A DNA stretch of 64,000 nucleotides from Actinomycetota bacterium (GCA_046046455.1 JBJOJS010000054.1:31434-95433); one strand, 5' to 3'; shown: positions 41,806 through 50,917, numbered from the stretch's first letter. The notes: generated by a model not told the origin, from the letters alone. Program-made: numbers and translations.

Positions 41806-42921
41806 GTGACCCTGCCCACGGCCCCGGATCTACCGGTGACTCCCCGGAGCCTGGGCCCTCTCCTCGACCTCGCGGTTGCTTCCCGTGCGTCGGATCTGCA
41901 CCTGAAGGTCGGTGCGCCCCCGCGGCTTCGCATCGACGGAGTGCTCGTCAACCAGCCCGGCCTCCCTCTGACTCCGGGTGAGGTGCAGGCCATGATCGAG
42001 GAGGCCACGGGCGAGTCCCCCGACCACACCGGGCTCGACGACCTCGACTTCGCGGTAGACCTGCCTGGCGTCGGCCGTTTCCGGGGAAACGCCTTCAGAT
42101 CGCGGCGCGAGTGGGCCGTGGTGCTGCGCCATGTCCGCTCCGAGATTCCTACGGTCGAGGGTCTCGGTCTGCCCACCATCGTGCAGCGCTGGTGCGAGGC
42201 GACCTCCGGTCTCATCCTCGTGTGCGGGCCGACGGGCTCGGGTAAGTCCACGACCCTGGCGGCCATGGTCGGTCATATCAACGCTGCCCGTGCCTGCCAC
42301 ATCCTCACGATCGAGGATCCCGTCGAATTCCTCCACGCCGATCGCCGGGCGAGCGTGAGCCAACGTGAGGTCCACACCGATACCGCCGGCTTCGCCACGG
42401 CCTTGCGATCGGGGCTCCGCCAGGACCCTGACGTCATCCTCATCGGCGAGATCCGGGATGCCGAGACGATGCGCATCGCCCTGCATGCCAGCGAGAGCGG
42501 TCATCTCGTCCTCGCCACGCTGCATGCTGGCAGCGCCCTGGAGGCGGTCCACCGCGTCGTGAATCTCTTCCCGGCTGACGAGCAGAGCGTCGTTCGGGGG
42601 ATCCTTGCAGAGGCTCTGATCGGCGTTCTCTGCCAGCGCCTGGTGTGGTCGGACGCCCGGCATCGCCGCCAGGTGGTGTGCGAGGTGATGACGGGCACTC
42701 CGCGCACCCACGACGCCATCGCCGATGCCGCCAAGACGGCCGCTCTCCCGGACATCATTGCCGACGGAGATCATTACGGCATGCGTACGCTCATGCAGGA
42801 TGCCGCCCTCGCCGTGATCAGCGGCGACTTGACGGTCGCGGAGGCTGAATCGGTCGTGCCGCCCGGATCCGACCTGCGCGTGGTACTCCAGCGAGCCGGC
42901 TACCGGGGCGCAGATGTCTAG
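41806..42921 (+). CDS. PilT/PilU-family retraction ATPase (second copy)
   Basis: ASDLHL, GPTGSGKSTT, TIEDPVE, QREV, LRQDPDVILIGEIRD and GHLVLATLH; lacks AIRNLIRE. Confidence 0.88.
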   Translation: MTLPTAPDLPVTPRSLGPLLDLAVASRASDLHLKVGAPPRLRIDGVLVNQPGLPLTPGEVQAMIEEATGESPDHTGLDDLDFAVDLPGVGRFRGNAFRSRREWAVVLRHVRSEIPTVEGLGLPTIVQRWCEATSGLILVCGPTGSGKSTTLAAMVGHINAARACHILTIEDPVEFLHADRRASVSQREVHTDTAGFATALRSGLRQDPDVILIGEIRDAETMRIALHASESGHLVLATLHAGSALEAVHRVVNLFPADEQSVVRGILAEALIGVLCQRLVWSDARHRRQVVCEVMTGTPRTHDAIADAAKTAALPDIIADGDHYGMRTLMQDAALAVISGDLTVAEAESVVPPGSDLRVVLQRAGYRGADV

Positions 42922-44584
42922 CGGGGTCGTCGATGTCCTCCTCTCCCAGGGCCTGGTCACGGCGGAGCAGGTCGAGAGCGCACAGGTCCGATCGAGGCGA
43001 GCGGGTGACAACGTCGTGCGCACCCTCGTTGAGGACGGTGCCGTATCTCGGCGCGATGTGGTGCGTGCCACCGTAGAAGCCGCGGGGCTGACTTACGTCG
43101 ACGCGCTCGAAGTCGCGTTGGACCCCAACGCCGTCGCTCTCCTCACCGGCGACCAGGCACGCAAGTACGGCGTCGTCCCGATGCGGTTCGACGGCGGCAT
43201 GCTCGTCCTTGCCACCGACTCCCAGACTGCGGCCAACTGGCAGGTGCGCGAAGACCTCCAGGCCATCACGCGAAGCCCCATCCGCTTCGAGTGCGGCATG
43301 AAGCAGGAGGTTCAGACCCGGATCAACCAGGTCTACCGGGCCGAGGGCGAGCTCGGCGCCCTGGTGCGCGACATGCTCGACGATCAAGCCGCCATCGATG
43401 TCCAGGCACCCGTCGCCGCCACATCCGACGCCCCGCTGGTCCGCTACGTCAATCTCCTCCTGAGCCAGGCCATCTCCGACAACGCGAGCGATGTGCACGT
43501 CGAGCCCAGCGAGGAGAGCATCCGGATCCGCTATCGCATCGATGGTGTGCTCAAGGAGATGGCCCCGGCCCCCAAGGAGGTCCAGTCCGCGCTGGTCTCG
43601 CGGCTCAAGATCATGGCCGATATGGACATTGCCGAAAGGCGGGTGCCTCAGGACGGGCGACTCACGGTCGCCTGGCAGGGGCGCAAGATCGACCTCCGCG
43701 TCAACTCGATCCCCACGGTGTGGGGGGAGAAGATCGTCATGCGAGTCCTCGACAACACCGCAGCGCGTATGGCTCTCCCTGACCTCGGCTTCTCGCCGGA
43801 GAACCTGACACGGTGGCGAGAGGCCTATTCCCGACCGTATGGGCTCATCATCGTGAGCGGGCCCACCGGTTCCGGTAAGTCCACGACCCTCTACGCCACG
43901 CTCAACAGCCTGGTGCGTCCTGAGATCAACATCGTGACCGTCGAGGATCCTGTCGAGTACCGGATCCCCGGCATCAACCAGGTCCAGACCAATGCGAAGG
44001 CGGGCCTCACTTTCGCTTCGGCATTGCGCTCCATCCTGCGAGCCGACCCGGATGTCGTCCTCGTGGGCGAGATCCGCGACCACGAGACAGCTCAGATGGC
44101 CATCGAGGCTTCTCTCACCGGACACCTGGTGCTCACGACGCTGCACACCAACGACGCCCCCAGCGTGATCACCCGGCTCACCGAGATGGGCATCGAGCCC
44201 TACCTGATCACGTCGTCCCTGGCATGCGCGTCAAGCCAGCGCCTCGCGCGACGCCTGTGCGCCAAGTGCAAGCAGGAGATCGAGATCTCGCCCGTCGAGC
44301 TTGCGGCGATCGGATTCGAATACCCGGAGGGGATCTCACCGCGCTTCTATGAACCCATCGGCTGCTCCAATTGCGCCGGCACCGGCTACCGAGGTCGGGT
44401 GGCCCTTCACGAGGTCATGATGATGAACGACGAGGTTGCCGCCCTGGCGATTCACAGGGCCTCCTCCGAGGACATCCGACGGGTGGTCGTCCGTGACGGC
44501 ATGCGAACCTTGAAGCAGGATGGCTGGATCAAGGTGGCTCAGGGCGAGACGACCACGGCCGAGATCCTGCGGATCGTGTCCTAG
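42914..44584 (+). CDS. pilB: Type IV pilus extension ATPase
   Basis: ASDVHVEP, RYRIDG, ERRVPQDGR, GPTGSGKSTTLY, LRADPD..LVGEIRD, TLHTNDA and tetracysteine CAKC...CSNC. Confidence 0.94.
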   Translation: MSSGVVDVLLSQGLVTAEQVESAQVRSRRAGDNVVRTLVEDGAVSRRDVVRATVEAAGLTYVDALEVALDPNAVALLTGDQARKYGVVPMRFDGGMLVLATDSQTAANWQVREDLQAITRSPIRFECGMKQEVQTRINQVYRAEGELGALVRDMLDDQAAIDVQAPVAATSDAPLVRYVNLLLSQAISDNASDVHVEPSEESIRIRYRIDGVLKEMAPAPKEVQSALVSRLKIMADMDIAERRVPQDGRLTVAWQGRKIDLRVNSIPTVWGEKIVMRVLDNTAARMALPDLGFSPENLTRWREAYSRPYGLIIVSGPTGSGKSTTLYATLNSLVRPEINIVTVEDPVEYRIPGINQVQTNAKAGLTFASALRSILRADPDVVLVGEIRDHETAQMAIEASLTGHLVLTTLHTNDAPSVITRLTEMGIEPYLITSSLACASSQRLARRLCAKCKQEIEISPVELAAIGFEYPEGISPRFYEPIGCSNCAGTGYRGRVALHEVMMMNDEVAALAIHRASSEDIRRVVVRDGMRTLKQDGWIKVAQGETTTAEILRIVS

Positions 44585-44592
44585 GAGTAGCC

Positions 44593-45921
44593 ATGTCAGA
44601 TGACTCCTTCCGTCTGCCCATCACTGACGACGCACCGGTGTTCGCGCCCGTGCCGCCGCCGATCGCTCCGCCGCCGACCCCCCTCCCGGTCGCTGTGCCG
44701 AGCCTCCCGACCGCGCCGGATCTCCCCGTGGCCCCCGAGCCCGTGCGGCCCGCTCAGCGCATCGCTGATCCCCAGGCACCGGATCTGCCGACCGTGGGAG
44801 GCGATCGCGGTGTGACAGCCACCGCGGATGACTCCCAGGGCCCCGTGGCGCGACTGGAGGCGGCCCTGCTGGAGCTCCTCCGCCTGGGTGGGTCCGACCT
44901 CCATCTCAACGCCGGACTGCCGCCGATGGTCCGCGTCGATGGCGAACTCCAACCACTGAGCGGGTGGAATGCCCTCACCGCCCGCCAGGTGCTCGAGAGC
45001 GTCTACGCGATCCTGTCCAACCGGCAGAAGCAGCGATTCGAGGAAGAACGCGAACTCGACTTCGCCTACGAACTCACCGGCGCTGCGCGATTCCGTGTCA
45101 ACGCGATGTGGCAACGCGGATCCGTCAAGGCGACGCTGCGAGTGATCCCGTGGGACATCCTGCCGCTCGAAGCGCTGGGACTTCCCGAGGCGCTCGATGG
45201 TCTCGCCAGCCTCCCCCGCGGGCTCGTCCTTGTGACCGGGCCGACGGGTTCCGGCAAGTCCACCACCCTGGCTGCGGTGATCGATCGAATCAACCGCGAG
45301 AAGCACGGGCACATCATCACTGTCGAGGATCCCATCGAGTTCGTCCACGAGAGCCGCTCGAGCGTGGTGAGTCAGCGAGAGGTCGGCGATGACACCCCGA
45401 CCTTCGCGAGCGCCTTGAAGCACGCACTTCGCCAGGATCCTGACGTCATCCTGGTCGGCGAGATGCGTGATCTCGAGACGGTCTCGATCGCGCTGACCGC
45501 CGCTGAGACCGGCCACCTCGTCTTCGGCACGCTCCACACCAGTTCGGCGGCGAGCACGATCGACCGCATCATCGATGTCTTCCCACCCGAGCAGCAGGGC
45601 CAGATTCGCGCCCAACTGGCAGGTTCCCTCCAGGCGGTCGTGTGCCAGTCGCTGCTGCGGAAGTCATCCGGTGAGGGCCGGGTGGCGGCGACCGAAGTCA
45701 TGATCGTCACACCGGCCATCCGCAATCTCATCCGCGAAGGCAAGGTGCAATCCATTCCCTCGGCGTTGCAGACGGGATCTCGCCTGGGCATGCGCACCCT
45801 CAACCAGGATCTTGCGCGCCTGGTGAGCGAGGGTGTCATCACCTACGAGGCAGCGGCCGCGACCGCGAGCGACATCACCGAGCTCAACCAGATCCTGGGC
45901 ATGGACGATGGCACAGACTGA
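44593..45921 (+). CDS. pilT: Type IV pilus retraction ATPase
   Basis: GPTGSGKSTT, QREVG.DT, AAETGHLVFGTLHT and AIRNLIRE; Pro-rich N-terminal extension. Confidence 0.93.
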   Translation: MSDDSFRLPITDDAPVFAPVPPPIAPPPTPLPVAVPSLPTAPDLPVAPEPVRPAQRIADPQAPDLPTVGGDRGVTATADDSQGPVARLEAALLELLRLGGSDLHLNAGLPPMVRVDGELQPLSGWNALTARQVLESVYAILSNRQKQRFEEERELDFAYELTGAARFRVNAMWQRGSVKATLRVIPWDILPLEALGLPEALDGLASLPRGLVLVTGPTGSGKSTTLAAVIDRINREKHGHIITVEDPIEFVHESRSSVVSQREVGDDTPTFASALKHALRQDPDVILVGEMRDLETVSIALTAAETGHLVFGTLHTSSAASTIDRIIDVFPPEQQGQIRAQLAGSLQAVVCQSLLRKSSGEGRVAATEVMIVTPAIRNLIREGKVQSIPSALQTGSRLGMRTLNQDLARLVSEGVITYEAAAATASDITELNQILGMDDGTD

Positions 45922-47125
45922 CTACCGGGTCCGGGCTCGCTCCAAGCAGGGCAAGCTCGTCGAGCAGAAGATCAAGGCCTCCAGCGAGGGCGAGGCTGCC
46001 TCTCGCGTGCAGCAACTCGGACTCGTGCCCATCTCCATCGAGCCTCTCGGCAAGGGCCTCAATCGGGAGATTCGATTCGGGGCCGGCAAGGTCAAGACCA
46101 AGGACCTCGCCATCTTCGCTCGGCAGTTCTCCACCATGCTGGCGTCCGGATTGCCCATCCTGCGCTGCCTGTCCATCCTCAGCCAGCAGACCGAGTCCAC
46201 CCGGCTGCGTGAGCTCCTCGATCAGATGAGGGTGGAGGTCGAGAAGGGTTCAGCGCTGTCCGAGACGATGGCGCAGCGCAAGGAGTTTCCCCCGCTCATG
46301 GTCAGCATGACTCGTGCAGGCGAGGTGGGCGGTTTCCTCGACTCGACGATGCGCCAGATCGCCACCTCCCTCGAGGCGGATGTCAAGCTCCGGGGTCGCA
46401 TCAAGGCCGCGCTCACCTACCCGGTGGCCGTAGGCGTCATCGCGGTGTTGATCGTCACGGGGATGCTCATCTTCGTGGTGCCTGTCTTCGCCTCGATGTT
46501 CGACTCATTCGGTGGCACGCTGCCCTTGCCCACCCAGGTGCTCGTGACGCTGTCGAATCTCATCAAGGACCCCCGCTTCTTCGTACCGTTGCTGGCGGCC
46601 ATCGTGATCGGCGTCTTCCTCTATCGGCGCAACGCTCGCAATCCACGACTGCGAGCCGTGGTGGACCCGCTGAAGTTCAAGATCCCGGTCTTCGGGTCGC
46701 TTCTCAAGAAGGTCGCCATCGCGCGATTCACACGGAACCTGTCGTCCCTGCTCGCGGCCGGCGTCCCGATCCTCACCTCCCTCGACATCGTGGCGGATAC
46801 GTCGGGCAATGCCGTGATCGCCAACGCCGTCGGCGAAGTGAAGGAAAGCGTCCGCCAAGGCAGCGGAATCGCCAAGCCCCTCGAAGCCGAAGGGGTCTTC
46901 CCGGACATGGTGGTCCAGATGATCTCCGTGGGCGAGTCGACCGGATCCCTCGACGAGATGCTGGCCCGGATCGCCGACTTCTACGACCAGGAGGTCGAGG
47001 CGACCACGGAGCAGTTGACGGCCCTGATCGAGCCGATCATGATCGTGGTCCTCGGCGGGGTGGTGGGGGCCATGATCATCGCTCTCTACCTGCCGATCTT
47101 CTCGATTTTCGACCTCATCAAGTGA
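45908..47125 (+). CDS. pilC: Type IV pilus platform protein
   Basis: FARQFSTML.SGLP, AGEVGG.LD, ALTYP, GESTGSLD, LIEP and YLPIF. Confidence 0.94.
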   Translation: MAQTDYRVRARSKQGKLVEQKIKASSEGEAASRVQQLGLVPISIEPLGKGLNREIRFGAGKVKTKDLAIFARQFSTMLASGLPILRCLSILSQQTESTRLRELLDQMRVEVEKGSALSETMAQRKEFPPLMVSMTRAGEVGGFLDSTMRQIATSLEADVKLRGRIKAALTYPVAVGVIAVLIVTGMLIFVVPVFASMFDSFGGTLPLPTQVLVTLSNLIKDPRFFVPLLAAIVIGVFLYRRNARNPRLRAVVDPLKFKIPVFGSLLKKVAIARFTRNLSSLLAAGVPILTSLDIVADTSGNAVIANAVGEVKESVRQGSGIAKPLEAEGVFPDMVVQMISVGESTGSLDEMLARIADFYDQEVEATTEQLTALIEPIMIVVLGGVVGAMIIALYLPIFSIFDLIK

Positions 47126-47245
47126 GGTTCGGATCACGTGAGGTTCAGCCTCCCGGGAACTTCTGCGAATTCGGTCCGATACCCAGGTCAGCGGGTCGAG
47201 TGACCCCTCCCGGCAGTCCCGGGCACGAAGATTTGGGAGTCGACG

Positions 47246-47692
47246 ATGTTCGCTCGCGTCGCAGCAGTCCGCGAAGCCCGGGCCAAGGGGGAGTCCGGCT
47301 TCACCCTCATTGAGCTCCTCGTGGTGGTCGCCATCATCGGCATCCTGGCCGCCATCGCCATTCCGTTCTTCCTCAACCAGCGCAACTCCGCTCGCGATGC
47401 GTCCGTGGAGTCCGATATTCGGAACGCCGCCACCTCACTCGAGACGGCATACACCCGGGATGGCGTCTATCCGGCCACCGGAACCGATCTCACCTCGGCG
47501 CCCTACGCGGTCAACGTCTCACAGGGCAATGGCCTGGCCGTGACCGTGGCCGCCAGCGGCTCCTCCTACGTGATCGTCGGCTGCAACTCCGAGTCCGAGA
47601 CGGTCTTCTACTTCGATTCCGCCGCCAGCGGCTTCGGGGATGCGCCGGCAGGGACAGCCTGCCCGGCGAGCGGCATCAGCATCACCAACTAG
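47246..47692 (+). CDS. pilA: Major type IVa pilin
   Basis: KGESG|FTLIELLVVVAIIGILAAIAIP; C-terminal Cys pair; own TCCGATAC element (47175-47182) and terminator. Confidence 0.88.
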   Translation: MFARVAAVREARAKGESGFTLIELLVVVAIIGILAAIAIPFFLNQRNSARDASVESDIRNAATSLETAYTRDGVYPATGTDLTSAPYAVNVSQGNGLAVTVAASGSSYVIVGCNSESETVFYFDSAASGFGDAPAGTACPASGISITN

Positions 47693-47713
47693 AGCAGCAT
47701 CACGAACGACGTG

Positions 47714-47743
47714 GCGGGGGTCGGCCGAAAGGCCGCCCCCCGC
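47714..47743 (+). terminator. Hairpin after pilA
   Basis: GCGGGGGtCGGCC-GAAA-GGCCGcCCCCCGC. Confidence 0.72.
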
Positions 47744-47805
47744 ATAGTCGATTCACCGCGAAATCGGGCCAGGGGGAGCACTAGACTCCTCATCGGGAGG
47801 TCGCC

Positions 47806-48270
47806 ATGACGTCAGTCGCGCAGGCACCGAAGACTCGTATATCGAAGTCCGGAGCATCCATGCCGGTCGCGATCGATCCGCGCTCCGTCGCGGACCTGGG
47901 TTTCGAACGCCACATCGATGTCGCACTGCGACTCCACATTCCCCGCGACCAGGCGGTCCTGGCCGCCCGAGCTCTCGGTGCCTTCATCGCCGACACGGAA
48001 GGCTTCGCTGCCCGCGTCGCCGGCCTCGACGTGGCTGCCGACCGCACCGACATCACGCTGGCCGTTTCCCTGGGCACGACGGAGCAGATCCGCTCGAGCG
48101 CCGATGCGTCGGTCCGAGCACTCCGATCGCTCACTCGACTCGTCGACTCGATGAGTCACTACGCGCCTGCATTCGTCTCGATACCGGCGCCTGAATCCGC
48201 CGAGGCCCGCGCTGCTGCCAGCCTGGTGGCCGGAGCCGACTCCTTCGCCTGGATCTCCGCGACCGCCTGA
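47806..48270 (+). CDS. Hypothetical protein, first gene of the sigma operon
   Basis: RBS GGAGG at 47796-47800, -10 TAGACT at 47782-47787; stop 2 nt before the sigma ATG. Confidence 0.72.
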   Translation: MTSVAQAPKTRISKSGASMPVAIDPRSVADLGFERHIDVALRLHIPRDQAVLAARALGAFIADTEGFAARVAGLDVAADRTDITLAVSLGTTEQIRSSADASVRALRSLTRLVDSMSHYAPAFVSIPAPESAEARAAASLVAGADSFAWISATA

Positions 48271-48272
48271 CC

Positions 48273-49367
48273 ATGGCCGGCGAGTCGGTCGGTGATGACG
48301 AGGAGATCATCACCGCAGGCAACCGCCGCGGTCGTCGTCTGCCGGACCTCGTCGTCGATGGGCTCGACGAACACGAGATCTTCAGCTTCGCCCCCGTCAT
48401 GCGGTGCGATCGCATCTACTGGGGCACCTCAGATCCCATCGATCTGCGTGCGCTGCTGAGCGATCTCGGTCCGCAGGCATGGACCCGCCAGTGGAGCGAC
48501 GGCCTCTGCCGGGTATGGGTGCCCGAAGGCAACGGGGAGCATGCGCGTGAACGCATCCGTGCCTGGTGCGAGGAGCGAGACATCGAGCCTGTCAACCTCC
48601 GCGTGGAGTCCGGTGTTGCCTTCCGAGACCTCGATCTGATCCCGTCAGGCCTCCTACCCGCTTTGATCGCGGCATGCGTCGACTGGCTCTATCCGCATAC
48701 GTCGTCGATCCAGCGACGCCTCGTGGCCGAACTTCCCGGCGTAGATGACGACGACGTGCGAGGCATGATGTATCTCTTCGTGCACGACCTCGCGGATCGT
48801 TTCGACTCCGACCGACAGGGTCGCAATGGCGCCCTCAACTTCACCGCGTTCGCGCTCGGCAAGATCCGGACGTGGCCGCAGGATGCGGCGCGGTCGGTCC
48901 ACGGGAGAGTGCTCGCCAATGATCGTGCGGCCCTCGGCAAGCTGGCGGCCGCCATCGCGGCCCAGGAGGGGCGTGCGGCGACGGAAGCTGAGCGCGCAGA
49001 AGCGCTCGGAGTTGGCATCACCGAACTCCGTAAGCGCGAGGAAGCGGTGCAGGGACTCATGCGACTGCGCCATATGGACCCCATCCTCGAACCCGACGAT
49101 GTCCAGATGGCGAGCAGTACTGACCGCGACGTTGCGGACGAGGCTCTGGATGCCATCCTGCGGTCGGACCTCACTCGCGAGTTGCTGCGGGCTGTCGATC
49201 CTGGCGATGGCAGGGCTGATCCCCTAGGGCTCGCGGCCGTCTACCTGGGATTCTGGGAGGGCCTTGGCAGGTCTGAGATCGCAGACGAGTTGGGTGTCAG
49301 TCCCAAGACAGTCTCCTCTGCTATGGCAAGGACCCTGCGCGATATCGACGCGAGCAGGTTCGCATGA
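48273..49367 (+). CDS. Divergent FliA/WhiG-like sigma-70 factor with an N-terminal extension
   Basis: Region 2: RRLVAELPGVDDDD...DLADRFD...FTAFALGKIR....DAAR. Region 3: EGRAATEAERAEALGV. Region 4: LGFWEGLGRSEIADELGVSPKTVS. Confidence 0.78.
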   Translation: MAGESVGDDEEIITAGNRRGRRLPDLVVDGLDEHEIFSFAPVMRCDRIYWGTSDPIDLRALLSDLGPQAWTRQWSDGLCRVWVPEGNGEHARERIRAWCEERDIEPVNLRVESGVAFRDLDLIPSGLLPALIAACVDWLYPHTSSIQRRLVAELPGVDDDDVRGMMYLFVHDLADRFDSDRQGRNGALNFTAFALGKIRTWPQDAARSVHGRVLANDRAALGKLAAAIAAQEGRAATEAERAEALGVGITELRKREEAVQGLMRLRHMDPILEPDDVQMASSTDRDVADEALDAILRSDLTRELLRAVDPGDGRADPLGLAAVYLGFWEGLGRSEIADELGVSPKTVSSAMARTLRDIDASRFA

Positions 49368-50068
49368 CCGCCGACGCCGTCCCCTGGATCTTCACCGACG
49401 AGCCAGGACTCCTGCAGTGGGCATGGGTCACCGACCACTTCATGGCGCGCATCAGTGCGGTGCAGGCGGGTGTAGGCGCGGATGGGCAGAGGCTCATCAG
49501 GTCCATGCATTGGGAGTTGGCCGATCGGATGAGGCTCCAGCAGGGTGTGCCCCGGCTGCTCATCGAGGGAGACGCGCGGAGCTTCGACGAGGCCGAGTCG
49601 GCGCTGCGTGAGCACGTCGCCAAGTGCTACGACCCACGCCTCGGCTACCGCCGCTACGCGGGTGCTCTGGCCTTCACCTTCGAACTCTCGAGCGGCGAGC
49701 GCGTCGACGTGTCCCGCTACATCGGACGCGAGGTCACCGTGACCGTGCTCCAGGCCGGTGGCGAGCGCACCACGGTGCGCGGCGACTTCGACGTCTCCGG
49801 ATATCGCTGGCGGGTCCGTGGCACCGACTCCGTCTACGACGTGGTCCCCGAGCACGCGGTGAGCATCAGCGACCGATCCGTCTTCGCCCAGGAGGCCGAG
49901 GAACTCGTGCGCCCAGCCTCCTACTCGGGGGTCGGCCGCATCTACCGGGAGGATCCGCGCCCCGGATGCACCGGCACACCGGGCTTCCTCTCGCAGACAG
50001 TGGACCACGCCGGCCGCCCGCGGTGCCCCCTGCATGAACGTGACCTACCTGACCATGTTCTGCACTGA
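49364..50068 (+). CDS. Hypothetical protein coupled to the sigma gene, with a C-terminal Cys/His cluster
   Basis: ATGA overlap with the sigma stop; GC3-rich codons; C-x12-H-x5-C-x2-H near the C-terminus. Confidence 0.78.
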   Translation: MTADAVPWIFTDEPGLLQWAWVTDHFMARISAVQAGVGADGQRLIRSMHWELADRMRLQQGVPRLLIEGDARSFDEAESALREHVAKCYDPRLGYRRYAGALAFTFELSSGERVDVSRYIGREVTVTVLQAGGERTTVRGDFDVSGYRWRVRGTDSVYDVVPEHAVSISDRSVFAQEAEELVRPASYSGVGRIYREDPRPGCTGTPGFLSQTVDHAGRPRCPLHERDLPDHVLH

Positions 50069-50091
50069 TGACCATGTTCTGCACTGATGAC
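50050..50091. repeat. 19-bp tandem duplication spanning the stop codon
   Basis: TGACCATGTTCTGCACTGA at 50050 and 50069, followed by TGAC. Confidence 0.92.
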
Positions 50092-50167
50092 ACTGTGCCC
50101 TCGTCCGGCCTCATGCGAGGCTGGTGGAGATCGATGGCCGAATGAGCCGATACCGGAGGGGAGACTC

Positions 50168-50917
50168 ATGAAGAGGAGGAACCCCGTGGAGTCGACGTTC
50201 GCCGTCGCCGTGGATTTCGCGTCATCGACGGTGGGTCGCGCACTGCACGAGGCCAGTGCCGATGGCTTCGATGGGGCGCTGGCCTTCTCCGGGTCGGCCT
50301 CGGGTCGGATCTACTGCTTCGAGGGCTCCGCCTACGCGGCGGAGGTCGAGGGGTTCACGCCTGATGTCGAGCGGCGACTCGTGACGTCAGGGGCATTGAC
50401 CGCAGGCGATAGTCCTCGAGCGGCGGTGACCGCCATGCGCCTTACCCCCGAGGCGCTTGCCTCGGTGAACCAGGAGTTCCTCCTCGCGCTGCTGGGGCGT
50501 CTCGCCGAACTACCGGGGTTGGCGGTGGCCCGGCTCCCGCAGGTGGTCACGGCCGAGGGCTGCACGCTGCCCATCCCCTTCGAGTCACTGGTCGAGGTGA
50601 TTCGCCTGCGCCAGGTGCGTTCGATCGAGGATCTGAGTCATGTGGGGGGTGCGGCGTCCGCGCAGGTGGTGCTCGCGCAGCGGGGGGACATGCCGACCGG
50701 ACTGCCGGAACTCAGTGCGCTGTGGACAGCGCTGGGCGACGGCAGCGAACTCGACGCTGCTGCTGCCGCCTGTGGCCTGTCCCGAGCGGAGGCTCTCCAT
50801 CTGGCCGCCAACCTCCTGCGCCAGGAGGCGGCGACGGTCATTTCCACGTGGCCGCGGGTCTCAGGGCCGCCGGCGGTCCCCGAAGCAGTAGGGGCGGGAC
50901 CGGGCCGGAGAGCCTGA
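50168..50917 (+). CDS. DUF4388/PatA-N-like protein
   Basis: ALHEAS..GFDGALAF....SGRIYCFEGSAYAAE......ERRLVTSGALT; helix-turn-helix-like C-terminus; GCCGATAC (50146) and GGAGG upstream. Confidence 0.62.
   Translation: MKRRNPVESTFAVAVDFASSTVGRALHEASADGFDGALAFSGSASGRIYCFEGSAYAAEVEGFTPDVERRLVTSGALTAGDSPRAAVTAMRLTPEALASVNQEFLLALLGRLAELPGLAVARLPQVVTAEGCTLPIPFESLVEVIRLRQVRSIEDLSHVGGAASAQVVLAQRGDMPTGLPELSALWTALGDGSELDAAAAACGLSRAEALHLAANLLRQEAATVISTWPRVSGPPAVPEAVGAGPGRRA

Noticed and set aside
47126-47245. c-di-GMP riboswitch upstream of pilA
   Set aside because: The leader is short and I see none of the class I or II consensus elements. An Rfam scan would settle it.
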